From NCBI GenBank assembly GCA_964016885.1, contig OZ024743.1:186930001-186994000 (forward strand): 64,000 nucleotides of DNA. Direction: 5' to 3'. How positions within the stretch are numbered: the first letter of the stretch is position 1; each line of letters opens with the position of its first letter. A model generated the notes under the pieces. It had not been told where the DNA came from and ran no database searches. It saw only the letters and a program-made list of their open reading frames with translations. The translations under genes and the position numbers were made by a program. Below are positions 1 through 13,000 of this stretch, piece after piece. Origin of the DNA: Eledone cirrhosa. Its lineage: Eukaryota.

Positions 1-539
1 AGATTCTCTAATATAAGTGTCACCAAGAAATTTCTTCCTATATCTCATTGACTTGCTCTCCTTCGTGTACAATTTAACTGCAATATAACTGCAATTTAGC
101 TGCCATGTAAAGTTAAATTTTATATTTATAAACTGAACTTTACGTCTGGTTTCCTTTTGCTATCAAATACATCTGTCACCTGAAAGGACATTGAATGTTT
201 TTTATACCAGTATTATATTTGACAATAGTCTGGTAAAAACTTCTTTTAGCTCTGCAATATGTTGTTTTGTGTTGCTAATAAAAGATAATCATTGGATATA
301 TAAAATAGAACTTCAAACATTCAATAAGCAATAACACAAAATTAAGCTCTTAAAAAAGGTAGTCTACACCTGATGCTTCAATTTAACTGATTGAAAAATA
401 GAAAACCTATTTGAAGATAATGACTGGTTGAAATTTGAAAAAGGAGGAACCCATAAAGTAATAGAAACTTCTAATGAATAGGTACCAACACATACTCTTA
501 ATGCATATACTTGGTACAAAACTATGAACTAAGAGCTGG

Positions 540-985
540 CTGTATGATGGCTGTGTTTGAAGTGCAATGTTGCATGGAGGTGGAACATGGGTAGTAAATG
601 CAGAGGATATGGAAAGGCTGGAGAGAAATGAATGGAGTGTGCTTCAATGGATGTGTGATGTTAATATGCATGGATGGGTTAAGAGAAAATCTAGGTATAA
701 GAGGAATTAAATGTAATGTACAAGAGAGAAGACTGCACTGGTATGGACATATGATGAGTATAAATGATGATTGTTGGATAAAGAAGCATTAGGAGTTCCT
801 AGTGGAAGAAAGCTGCAGTAGAGAATGGCCAAGAAGACCTGGGCAGAAGTGGTAAGAGAGGCTCTCAAATCATTGAACCTGACAGAAGAAATAATGAAAG
901 AATCTAGACGGTAGAGGGAAGCTGTGCTAGAAAAGACCCATCCAACCTATTGCAAGCATGGAAAAGCAGATGTTGATGATAATGA
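540..985 (+). mobile_element. Degenerate 3' fragment of RTE-clade LINE
   Basis: Translation contains QERRLHWYGHMM, matching QERRLRWYGHVM of the RTE copy at 50506; ends in GCATGGAAAAGCAGATGTTGATGAT like the RTE 3' terminus. Confidence 0.8.
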
Positions 986-1638
986 ATGACTTTCCATTGA
1001 TCCCATTTCTGAGACTGTTTAAACATGCCATTTTATTTCAAATTAATACTTTTTGTAGCTGTTATTAAGTGTTTTTTTTATTATCAATCTTTTCGTTACT
1101 AAACAAATAGCCAAGGGAAGTAACTCAAATGGACCGGTAGCATTAATTTAAGTAATTCAGATAGGTATATAGAATGATGTATGCAAAAAGTTGTAAATAA
1201 TGGAAAATAAAATGCCTAGTAGCAATTGTTAGTGATTTTTAAAGAAAAGGGTAGATAATTCCAGAGAAAACTCAATTATCATGCATAGTGGAGAAATTGA
1301 TTTTTTGTTATAAGCAAGGTGACAGTTAGGGACATATTTCAGTCTTATTAAACCTTGTCAGTTGAGTCTGCTTTGATCAGTAGACAGAGCTTTTACAATT
1401 TTTCATTACATTCAATTCTTGCCTTTTTAATTATAATATTCTTTCTCTGGTTGATTTCTCAAAACGATATGGTCATCTAGCACAGAATATTTCTCTTCAG
1501 TCACACAGATTAAATTATTTACTATGTTGAAAAGTCAGTTTATTTTAACATATGTTACATTAACAGGTAATTCTAATCAATCTAGCCAAATACCCAAAAC
1601 AAATTTAATGAAAAGAATGTATAAGTTTCAAATAATGA

Positions 1639-1816
1639 TTTCTACTATAGGCACAAGGCCCCAGTACATTACTGGGTACTTTATTTTATCGACTTCATAA
1701 GGATGACAGGCAAAGTTAACCTTCGCGGGGATTTGAACTCAGACCATAAAGGGCTGTAACTCTATGCTGAAAAGCATGGTATCCGACGCTCTACCGATTC
1801 TGCCAATCCACTGCCC
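1639..1816 (-). mobile_element. tRNA-derived SINE, short young family
   Basis: A-box-like TGGCAGAATCGGTAG and B-box-like GAGTTCAAATCC on the minus strand, central CATCCTT..GTCGATAAAATAAAGTACC domain; perfect 19-bp TSD TATAAGTTTCAAATAATGA at 1620-1638 and 1817-1835. Confidence 0.9.
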
Positions 1817-2254
1817 TATAAGTTTCAAATAATGACAGAGTGAATATTTCTTGGAGGAACATAAAAAAATATAAAAAACATTTTGAAAATTTTCTTGAAA
1901 GCTATAGTAATATAAGTAGTATTGTTAAAGTGCAAAATATCTTATGCACTATTATATGTACACAAAATCATATAAAAGGTTTTATTCTCTTAAGTCTTAT
2001 GCATAATTTACTAAAACTTAGGAAATATATTATACCCACTATATGACTGGATTATTAATACATTATTGATCAACTAAATGTAAGACATCTGTCATAAATT
2101 TAACCCTTTGTACCATAGAAATAGAAAATGTTAAAGTGAATCTTGTAAATAAATCGAATATTATAATTTATTGGGATAGCTATGTAGAACTTCATTGTAT
2201 GTATACAACAACATCTGGTAATAAAGCAATGTCTCAAACAGAAACTCATGAAAA

Positions 2255-2255
<1 letters not shown>

Positions 2256-2317
<62 letters not shown>

Positions 2318-2329
2318 TATTCATTTATA

Positions 2330-2381
<52 letters not shown>

Positions 2382-2400
2382 TTGTACGTGTATCTGTGTC
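2256..2400. repeat. (TA)n/(TG)n microsatellite cluster
   Basis: Two long (TA)n runs followed by (TG)n; source of the spurious YIYI ORFs. Confidence 0.95.
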
Positions 2401-2504
2401 TGTATATCTACCATTTGTTTATGTCCTTTAACTCATCAGTTCTACAAATAGTGATTGCTAAAATAATTACTGGACTCAAGAAAGTTAGTTCTGATGCTGA
2501 CATC

Positions 2505-2590
2505 ATTTGCTAAATTCCTTGAACATGGTGCTCCAGTATGGCTGCAGTCTAATGAGTGAAACCAGTAAAAGAATAAAATAAAGAATAGAA
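2505..2590 (+). mobile_element. 3' tail fragment of an older SINE family
   Basis: GGTGCTCCAGTATGGCTGCAGTCTAATGAGTGAAACCAGTAAAAGAATAAAA; related to 55735-55795 (+) and 44945-44985 (-). Confidence 0.6.
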
Positions 2591-5289
2591 TGACAGTTAT
2601 TCCTTAATCCTAGATCTATCTTAATGGAATAAACCTTTTATCAATAATACTCCAGCCATGGATTCTGCAAGTTACAGTATATGTCACCTATCTAGAAGGG
2701 TAGTAACTTTGAATAAATACTTGCGTGTGAACTACCTTCTAAGAAAGTAGTAATGTTGTATAAAATAACTGCACATAGAAGACATAGACTCCACAAACCA
2801 TAGGAAAAGTCACCACTCTCAGCGAGTTGTCACTCTGAATAAAAACTGATACAGTGCAGACTGAATATTAAGTCCTAACAGACAAACAACTTCTCTAGAG
2901 CAGATGGCATGATAAAATGTATCCAGTCATCACACTAAAGTGGTTGGTGAAAGTAAGAGCACCCAGCTTAAATAAAAACATTCCAAATCTATGAAAAACA
3001 CATTATCATCATTTTCTAACCCATGTGAGAATTTCAAAACGCTGCTGATGATGATGCATCTAGAGCTACATTATTTAATTTGTCAACCATATTTTAAAAG
3101 TCGTAGAATGTGATTTGTGGAACATTTAGTTGCTATATTCTGCAAATCAGGCAACTATATGCAACTACTGCATTATGTGTGTATAAGAATTTTCTAGATA
3201 AAATTGGCAAGTAGATAAAATTTATTCATTAAAAAAGACAAACTTTTTTATTAAATTTTATTAGAAGACACCTTATCCTGTAGAATCCCCCAAAGATGTT
3301 TGGGAGAAACCACTTTGAGAAACACCATACTTAGGTAATGGGATGGGTGGATGCAATTAAATATGTCTTATGTTGATTTCAAATATGTTGTGTTGTAAGT
3401 ACATGGAGAGTTAAAAGAAAAAAATGAGTAGAGAAGAGAAACCATTTGGAGGAAAGATAGGAAAGATTTGGCAATGCAACAAGCTTAATAAACCGAAGAA
3501 AGTATTTAAGTGACTATGTCACAGAGTTCGATGTTGTTTCATTAAAAACAGAAGAGGTAGATGCAGGCAACCACAACTCATATAGAACAATGGGTTGATG
3601 GATAGATGGATTGAAGGATTGATAGATGGATGGTTAGAGAGAGAGATGTCAGGTGGACAGCCTTTTATTGTAAGTCAGTTGATATGATGAATACTAACAG
3701 TAAATTTTTTCTTTAATGTCTGATATTTCTTTCTAACTTTAAAGAAACGTAGCTCTCTTCATACAATTTTGCTTACATTGAACATTGGAGTTAGCTGAAG
3801 AAATTAGTATTCCCATATTAAAATCATTGGAATTTTTATTATGCATCAATAACCTTGATTTGGGATATTTTATATATTTAAATATATAATCATATTTATT
3901 ATTAATTAGTGAAAACATTTTTTTCTAAATCTAAAAGATCATATTGACATAGAAATCAATAAGTGTAGTCAAAGAAATGTAATAAAATACTATACATAAC
4001 GAATGATTTCAAAGAATTTATTCAATTTCTACTTGACTTTTAACTGTTAAGCTGAACACTGAATGAGTTACTCTGTAGTGGAGAGCAGAAAAAGTCAAGA
4101 GTCTGAAACAACCATTAACTCTAAGAATAATACACTGTTATATGAAAATGAAAAGAAAGAATAACACTGAAAATATAGCTATAAAAATATATAGAAAGTT
4201 GAATTCAACTTCAGTGACTGTACAAAGCCTATCCTTTCACAGACATGTGTACTCATATGAGCCAGTGCTTATCTCTAACATTTGAGGTGTTAAGCAAATG
4301 AAAGCTAAATCTGAAAAATCATGTTGCCAAATATCTGTTCCAGCAGAAGAAACTGAATTAACTGCAAGCAAATTAATCTGTGGCCAATTTTACTGATCAT
4401 AAAATTGACAGTATTCAGACCAAATGCTTTGAGTACTGTCATAGCCAAGCTGTGACAATACTAAGTTCTAAAGACTAGCAAGGTATTATAGTTTATACAT
4501 TATGCAACTTACTAATTATCTAATGCAATTGGAAAGTAAGTTTTACTATCAGCAAATATCTTCTGTAGGCTATCAATAATCCTATTAATTTTCAAATGTC
4601 TGTGTTCATTTTATCCTTTGTAACCAGACATTTAACTAATTATTTAATCTTAGTACACATAAAAGCTACAACAGTATTTGCCAAGAAGTGATTTATTCAA
4701 AATCAAAATTAATTAATTGTTGAAAAAGTAGAATGTTTATGCAAAATGTTTGAAGTAGACGACACTGAAAGAAACAGAACAACAGAGAAAATGGCATCAG
4801 GAAGCAAAATCTATAGAGAAGGTTAGTGAATTTTGAGTAGGAGACACCATCACAGAAAAGGTTATAAATTGTCATCGACATCATCATTTAACATCCATTT
4901 TCCCTGTTGATGTTAAATAATAAAGGCAATGTTAAATAAGATTTAAAACAAGAAATTTTAACTAACATTAATTTAGTTTTGAGTGTAGTGGAGAATCTAT
5001 TGGTAGATGATTTGTTCGTATTAGACCGAAATGCTATTGAATAAGATATGTCATACAGTGTAAGGAAAGAGATCCAGCCATAGAAAACTTGCCAAACAAA
5101 AAAACACTCTTAAGACACTCTGAAATGTACTGGAACATATGTAAGCAAAATGTGGATCCCAGGCCTGTTTAAGGGGCCAGTGGCTCTGATTATCTACTGA
5201 TGTAGTCAGTGATGATCTGTTCACCCCATGATAACCTGGAAGAACAGACATTAAATGGTGCTGATTATATATATATATATATACACCAT

Positions 5290-5590
5290 CATTATCATAA
5301 TTTAATATCCACTTTCCATGCTAGCATGGGTTAGACTGGTTGTCTCTTTTGAGGCGAGTTGGGTCAAGTGACTGTGTTTTGGTCATATAGACCTTTTTTT
5401 TGCCATATTTCTACAGCTGGATGCACTTCCTAACGCCAACCACATTTACAGGGAGCTTTTTGTTATGATACCTACATGACCATTTAACAGTGTGGGCCGG
5501 GTGCTTTTTTGTCTTGACTTCTATACGACCACTTTACAGTGTAGGCTGGGTGCTTTTTGTCTTGACTCCTACACAACCATTTTACATTTA
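5290..5590 (-). mobile_element. RTE LINE 3'UTR fragment
   Basis: Reverse complement of the 50790-51060 3'UTR (CCATGCTAGCATGG, TTTCTACAGCTGGATGC, ACTTTACAGTG repeats) with a CAT-rich tail. Confidence 0.8.
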
Positions 5591-5611
5591 AGAGATACAC
5601 ACACACACATA

Positions 5612-6107
5612 TCTATATATGTAAAGTTGTATTCCTGTCTTTGTTTGTTTGTTCACGAACTACTCCTATGGTTTTGGAGATAGACCCCCATAACCATATA
5701 TATTCTGAAACTACATTGCCCAGGGTACTTGGATAAGTATATTTCATTTTAATCAAAGGATTCCCCGAGGGTACAAACGCCGCTGAAAACTTTTTCCCTT
5801 TAATTTATATGAAATTTAAACCATAGGTAAATGACAAGATATGATGCCTATTCACAAAAGTTTTAATTAATATTTTGAAAAAAATTATTTACAAGAAACA
5901 AAATAAGAATAAGATTTAATAATGTAATTTTGATTTGATATATTACAAAAAGTAATGTTTTCCAATTTTTCATGCATTACATTTTACATTGAGTAATATT
6001 GAAATGCAGAGTTTTTCTCCATAAATTATATCACTGATTTAAAATCAATCAGCATTTTCTTACAAAAAAAAGTGTGAAATGCAGCAAGGCGCAGGTAATT
6101 CGGCTAG
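5612..6107 (+). mobile_element. Non-autonomous Helitron-like element
   Basis: Begins A|TCTATATAT, has (TTTG)n near the 5' end, ends with a GC-rich subterminal stretch then CTAG|T; no TSD. Confidence 0.65.
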
Positions 6108-6134
6108 TATATAAATATATATATATATATAATT

Positions 6135-6355
6135 ATCATCATCATCATAGTTCAACATCCATTTTTCCATCTAGCATGGGTTAGATTAATTGTTTTATGA
6201 GACATGGCAGTCAGATGATTATGACTTGCTCATACACAACTGTTTCTGACTTGGTTTCTATGGCTGGATGTCCTTCACATTTGCAGTGTGAACTGGGTGC
6301 CTTTTTATTGTGACACCAGTATGACCACTTCACATTGTGGATTGAATGCTTTTTG
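6135..6355 (-). mobile_element. RTE LINE 3'UTR fragment
   Basis: (CAT)n tail, CTAGCATGGGTTAGA and TTTCTATGGCTGGATG motifs. Confidence 0.7.
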
Positions 6356-6449
6356 CCCTTTATACACATATACACACACACACATATATATATATATATA
6401 GTAATAATCTGTTATTTTAATAAAAAAATAAATTTATATATATATATCA

Positions 6450-6630
6450 TTTACTTTTCTCCCTTTCAAGGCCAATAAAAGAAGTACCAGTTCAGTACTG
6501 GGGTCGATTCTTCCTCTATAGAAAAAATCAGCTGTGTTCAGACATGGATAGGGTTGGGCCCTGCCAGCTTTAGAAGGGCTCTGGACATGCCCTATAATGG
6601 TGCCTCTACGACACCACAAGGAGTTATGGG
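6450..6630 (+). mobile_element. Long-tailed SINE subfamily, 3' part
   Basis: GTACCAGT..GTACTGGGGTCGATT followed by AAATCAGCTGTGTTCAGACATGG..GGTGCCTCTACGAC, shared with 29355-29653. Confidence 0.7.
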
Positions 6631-6652
6631 ATCTTTATCCCTATCCTTATAT

Positions 6653-7430
6653 ATCATCATCATCATTTTAATGTCTGCTTTCCCTACTAGCAAGGGTTGG
6701 ATGGATCCATACAGACAATGTAAGTACTGAAGCAGAGCCATTGATCTCCCAGGCAGGTCAGAGTGATGTGTGTTGCTTATACATTGTCTCAGGAATGGTT
6801 GCCATGCCTTTTACACAACTGAGGATCCACCCAACCCTTTGTTTGGAAAGATTTCAATGGCTGTATGCCCTTCCTATCACCAACCACTTTATAGCATTAC
6901 TGGGTGCATTTATCATGTAAATCACCAACACTAGGGAGGTTGTTAAATCCTTAACATGACTGAAGGGTCCTCCCGATCCTTTGTCTGGCAAGATTTCTAT
7001 GGCTGAATGCCCTTTCTATCTCCAGCTACTTTACAGCATGTACTGGGTGTGTATATTGTGTAGATCAACAATACTAGGGAGGCTGTCATGTCCATGACAT
7101 GACTCGAGAGTCCTTCTGACCCTTTGTTTGTTTGACAAGCTCTCCATGGCTGAAAACCTTTCCTATCACCAACTGCTTCATGTGGAGGCAACTGCTAGGA
7201 ATGTGTGTGTGAGGGGGAGGGGTCTAGTGGAAGGAGGAGGGGGACTAGTGGAAGGAGGAAGGGAGGTCAGATGACATTGTATGTTACAGGTTGGGCCTTC
7301 TTCAGCACTGCATAGCGCCAGCCCTCACAGTCTTTTGTTATTTCTGTTGTAAAGTTTAGCTTTTTAAGATTAGTCTTAACAACCTCATCCCATGTCTTCC
7401 TGAGTCTGATTTCCCTCGAGTCCCACCCAC
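6653..7430 (-). mobile_element. RTE-related 3' end with internally tandem-repeated 3'UTR
   Basis: 7280-7430 is the reverse complement of an RTE ORF end (KTWDEVV-like); about 2.5 copies of a ~150-bp unit at 6800-7180; (CAT)n tail at 6653. Confidence 0.65.
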
Positions 7431-9379
7431 TATATATATATTACAAGTAATTAAATGTGGAAGTAAGTAACTCTGTTTCAATGAAATGATAACATTACGT
7501 CATTTCTACAGAGCTGACATAACTCTGATAACCTGACACTACTACAACAGCTACTTTGTGTACGAAACATGGAGTAGACAGTGATACAAAACTGAAGCTG
7601 TCGTTGCTATAGCCATCGTTGTTAATCCTTGAATATTGATCCTTTGTCTGCTGTTCTTGTTATTATTTTTGTTATTCTCTTTATGAGTCAAGGATTTATT
7701 TCATGATTGAAGCCATTTCTTTTCAAGTATGACACTAATGCCTTTGAGAAAACTACCTCTCACAAAAAAAAAAAAGAATTCTAAAGAAATAATAAATCAT
7801 CACCCCCATTCCTCTCCACCCTACCTTAACCCATGCCACAAAAATGACAGTTTTTTTTTAATATTTAGAGTTTATATGCTGTGACATAATTTCAGAAAGT
7901 GGTATTTTCAATCAAGACATTGGTCCAACCAATCAAGACATTGATAGATCCTCACCCCTCTTTGTGTTTGGTTGATAATAGATAGGGCATCCAGTCATAA
8001 AGCCCAGCCATATGAAACATCCAGAACATCAGATCAATTTTCTTTAAGCATGATGCAGCCATACCTGTCCAAGGCATGATGTTTCTTTTAACAAATTTGC
8101 TTCACAATAATGTCATTTGGGGTTGTATCTCAGTGTATGATCAGGTGAATGATTTCTACCATATCATCATGTCAAATCCCAATCTTGGTTAGGTGGAGAC
8201 AACATAGAAACCTGTTAGATGGATTATACCTGTCAGTGTATTGAGGACATAAAGCTTTTCCTTATTTAATGCTACACCTTCCCCTCGGGGTCTTTGGGTA
8301 CATGATGTAGAGTTCATTCTATTACAAACTAAGTCTCCAGTCTCAAGATAATTGAATATCTTGATGCACTAACCCTTCTCCTCTGAATAAGCGAAAAACA
8401 AAATTAATTCATGACTGGAAAACAACAAACAATAAAATGATAGTGGCAGTCATGATGATGATGATGATGATAATTAACAAATAACTCCCTGGAGTAATTT
8501 ATCTGTTATTATATTTAAGCAAGCAAGAAATTATTTTAGATTGCATAATTACATGTATGTTTATCTAATGAGTACATTTAATTAATTACTCATGCGAAGA
8601 TGAATTATATTTCTATATCATTTTATATAATGTATATATTTTTTACCTTATTTATATATATATGTGTTTATATGTGTGTGTGTGTTTGTATGTGTGTGTG
8701 TGTGAGTATTTTCATGAGTAACAATGATCACACTAAAGCTTTAGTATATAGTAATGTGTACAGTAGTAGCTGGGATATTAGCTTCAAGTATGACTTTCTA
8801 TTTGTGTAGGTATTGTATTGACAACATACTTTCAATCGAGGACTTGATTTAAGACTTCTTACCGGGTTTTACTAAACTATTTATAAATAGGTGTGTATTT
8901 AGTCCATCAAGCATTGACACTGAAATGAGAGTATCAGCAGTCTGATATTTTGTAATTTTATAATTCAGTGTCAAGGTTTAAATTAATCAGTTAAGCTGGA
9001 TTTTGATCTTCATCAAATTACAAAATGCGAGTTGACCTTTATTAAATCAGTATACAGGTTGTTAGAAGGACACAGAAATTGCATCAGTTGCATAGCTGAT
9101 AGAATATCAATTGTTCATACTAGAAGATTAAGTATTGATACAAATTAAATGTTTCAATCTTGTTACGTAAATTGTGTAGAAAATATCTATTAAATAAAAG
9201 AATAAAAATATGCATTTAAATGAGTATTGTTAGTAACCATCTTTTATTTTATATTATTTGTAACCTTGTGATGCTTCTAAGATTGGTAAACGTTTAAAAT
9301 ATGATAATGTATTTGAAAGAAATCTAAACTAATAAGATAAAACCTGCTACATATTATTAATGCAGTTATGCATCAATAT

Positions 9380-9552
9380 CATTTCATTTTTTCATTTCAT
9401 TTTACGTCCGCTTTTTCCCTGCTTGAAAGGGTGGGACAGGAACTGATTCTGGCTTGATTTCTACAGCTGGATGCCCTTCCTAACACCAACCTCATTTACA
9501 GTGAGTGCTGGGTGCTTTTTTGCCGTGGCACCGCCACGACCACTTTGCAGTG
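9380..9552 (-). mobile_element. Short RTE-derived 3' end with (TGAAA)n tail
   Basis: Near-identical to 62425-62530 and similar to the 3'UTR at 50790-50945. Confidence 0.8.
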
Positions 9553-9579
9553 GAATGATATGGACCCCAGTCCCTATCA

Positions 9580-9724
9580 TCTCATTTCTACAGCTGAGTA
9601 AACTGGAGCAATCTGAAATAAACTGTCTTGCTCAAGGAAACAACACATCACCCGGTCTGAGAATTGAACTCACAACCTTTCGATTGCAAAGCCAACGCTC
9701 TAACCACTAAGCCATGTGTCTCCA
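9580..9724 (-). mobile_element. tRNA-derived SINE 5' part (CORE/MIR-like)
   Basis: Minus strand TGGCTTAGTGGTTAGAGCGTTGG (A box) and GAGTTCAATTCTC (B box), then CCTTGAGCAAGACA; related copy at 31750-31915. Confidence 0.75.
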
Positions 9725-10039
9725 TTATAATAATGATAATAATGTGTCTCCAATATAATAATGATAATAATGAATAATAATAATAATAATAATAATGTTT
9801 TCTTTATTAACCACAAGGGTTTACATAAAGTAGACATTAAGGACAGTACAGGACAATACAGGACGGTACAAATGGGCATTTCTGCGTGTAAAAAAACAGA
9901 GGATGTAATAAAATAACAAAGAAAAATTCCCCAATAGGGGGGAGACTTGCGAGGGACATATGTGGAGAAAGCCCATTAAAAGACCACAGTGATCATGACC
10001 ACCAGGGCAAGTGCCCTCTCCCAGTTTTCCACCTTTAAT

Positions 10040-13000
10040 TTACAGACACATACTCAGAGAAGGCCCATTCATTCGGGCCATACTTGCTTCTCTCACCCAT
10101 CTTTCAACAAAATGCTGGGAAGAGAGCACTTCCCTCTCTACCCTGATTTTCCTTTTCAAATGAAATTTGAAAAAGTTAATCAGGGCATCACCGAAGAGGT
10201 AAGTGCTCGTCTTCAGCCCTTTCAAACGTGTCCACCATACTATCTCTTTCGCCATGGCCACCAGACAGATAAAAACTGCCTGCCCTTCCCGGCTAAAGGA
10301 AGAGGGCGGGGCAATCCTCACGATGGACTCAGCTGATAGCTGGATCCGTCCTACACATGACAGCAGGTGTTCGACATAAACCCACAAGTCAGCAATGCTT
10401 GGACACTGGACGAGTGCGTGCAGGACGGTTTCGTCGCCCTGTGCGCATCTCGGACATGCCCGGCTGACGGCACCTCCATGCCTGTAGAGTTTATCCCGAA
10501 CTGGCAAAGCTCCCCGGTAGCACTGCCAGGCCAGGTATTTCTGGAAGTTGTCCATAGGCCCCGGCTCGAAAGTCCTTCCGAAGAGATTGGCTAGTTGATT
10601 TTCGTCGACGCCTAGAGTTTCTCCAAGTACGTCGTCGCTCTTCCCCTCCACTAATCCCCTATAGAACGCCGAGGTGGAGTTTCACCCGATCACATTGCCC
10701 GATTGGTCGAGGGCTGTGAGCGCCTGAAGACATTCCAGTCTCCAAGCGGTCCCTCTCGGTCTTCGCTTGACCCAGGACTGCAGCTCCGTCAAGGAGACGA
10801 GCTGGGGAAAAACGTGTCTAGCAAACGGCGACCACACCTGATCACAGTCGAGGAAGAGGTGGAGATGTCGCAGCCCGAGCGCGTGTCTGCACATCATCAG
10901 CCACGGCATGCCCAGCCCTCCACGTAGCGGGTGTTGACAGCAGATGGACCGCCTGACCATCGGAGCGCGTCCCTTCCACAAGAAGCGAAAGAGCAAACGC
11001 TCCAGCGCAGTCAGGCGGGCCTTAGGACAAGGTACGACGGTCAGGCGGTAGTAGATGACGGACGTGATGTACGCGTTAGCCACCTCCGCTCGACCTTTCA
11101 GGGATAGCTTCCTCTCGGCCCATTTCTGGGTGAGAGAAGCCACCCTGCTCGTCACCTCGTCCCAGTTTTTGTCCGTCTGGAGGTCTGGACCGAACCAGAC
11201 CCCTAGCAATTTAACCGGTCCGTCCGTCCAGCGCCCGACGACGCTGTTGGACGGCATGGACCTGCCTCTCCAGGTGCCGAGCTGCAGGCCCACTGACTTT
11301 TCCTGGTTGATCATTGCTCCTGTCACCGCTTCGTATTCTCTTAGTGTAGTGCCGATCGCCTCGATGTGTTTGGCGTTCGACACCACTACGGTGACATCGT
11401 CCGCATATGCTGACACGGATCTTCCGCATCCTAGTTCGCGCGGGAGCCCCCTCAACGTCTCCAGTTTGTGCAGCAATGGCTCGAGAGTCAATACGTACAA
11501 TAGGGACGAGAGGGGACATCCTTGGCGGACCGAGCGCATGATGTTGAACGGTTCCGAAAGGTGACCGTTCACTCTCACTACAGATCAGATGTCGCTGTGC
11601 ATGGCAGCGATCCAGCCTCTGAAGACGGGCCCAAAGCCAGCCGCCCTCAGGACTGCCGGTAGGTAACGTGGTCGACCCTATCGAAGGCTTTTGACTGATC
11701 TAAATTGATCAAAGACCCACCCGTGCCAGGTTCCCTAGCTACCCTCTCTACGATGTATCGCATGAGGTGGAGGTTGTCTCGGATGGATCTGTCGGGAATG
11801 GCACATGTCTGTGCCTCTCCCACCAGACCACCAACGACAAACGCCAACCTCTTTGCTAGCACCTTGGCCAAAATCTTGAACTCTGTGTTTAGCAGAGTTA
11901 TGGGCCTAAAATTATCTATGTTATCCCCCTTGTTCGGATCCTTTCTCAGCAGCGCCACCGCTCCTCGGCTCACAGAGCTGGGAATTCTCCCGTTCTGTTG
12001 CCAGTTGCAGTAGACGTCCGCCAAGAGGCCTCCGAACAAGTCTGGCATTTGTACGTAAAGTTCATAGGGCAGACCATCCAAACCAGGCGATTTACCCCTT
12101 GTGCAACTAGTCATTGCATCCCATACTTCAGCGTTTGTTATCTGCTTTTCGCAACACTCCACCTCAGTGGCCGAAAGCCGCGGCAGTCCGTCGAGGTAGA
12201 CACTAAAGTCCATCTCTCGATCCGGCCCGCCACTGCCCCCGAACAGTTGAGCGAAGTGTCGCGGAAAAGCTTCACACATTTGCCCGGGATCGAGTAGCAT
12301 GCGCCCGTCGTGGTCCACCAAAGACCGAATCGTGGCTTTGTTGCCACGACGCGCCTCCGCCACTCGGGCCCATTGAACGGCTTTCGTCCCCTCGTGTCTG
12401 AGAGCACGCACTCTAGCTCTGACAACGCAGCCTTCGTGCTTTGCATTGAAGAATTGGTCAAGGGCCAATTTCGCCGCAAGTACGTCGGTCGCGATGCCTT
12501 TGCTAAGCGCCTCGTCTAATTTTCTAACTAATTCTCCCTCTGCTCTATTTTTCTCTATTGCTAAAGTCTTACTAAACCTAATGGACTCTATTCTAATTGC
12601 TCTTTTCAGAGCAAACCACCACTTGTTGTTGACGATGGCCCCCGTCAACGCCCGCTTAACTAGTTCGCTAATCCGGTCTCTGTAGGCCTTGCGCGCTGGT
12701 AAGGACGCGTTTAGCTTCCAGTAGCCGGGTCCTCGTCTATGAAGCCTATCTAAGTCAAGCACACAGATCACGAATTTGTGGTCCGCGTAGCTGACTATCT
12801 TGAATTGTGGACAGCCTATGCTAGACCTATCTATTTCCCTACAAAATACTCTATCTAGATATGATCTGGATGATCCTATGCGATTTGTCCAAGTCCACAT
12901 TGGTACATTCGGGACAGTTCAAAACGCCTGAGCAGGTTGGTGAGACTCTTGCACCCTCCTTCCCTATCCACTAATCCCACACAATCCCAACGTACATCTA

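Noticed and set aside
2100-2451. ORFs rich in YIYI or CVCV (also 8600, 44821, 55487)
   Set aside because: Translations of (TA)n and (TG)n microsatellites.
8914-8974. Pre-miRNA-like hairpin (TTGACACTGAA / TTCAGTGTCAA)
   Set aside because: Only 11 bp of perfect stem with a large asymmetric bulge; no recognisable mature miRNA.
9650-9724. tRNA gene
   Set aside because: A and B boxes are present but there is no clean cloverleaf or terminator, and it continues into SINE body sequence.
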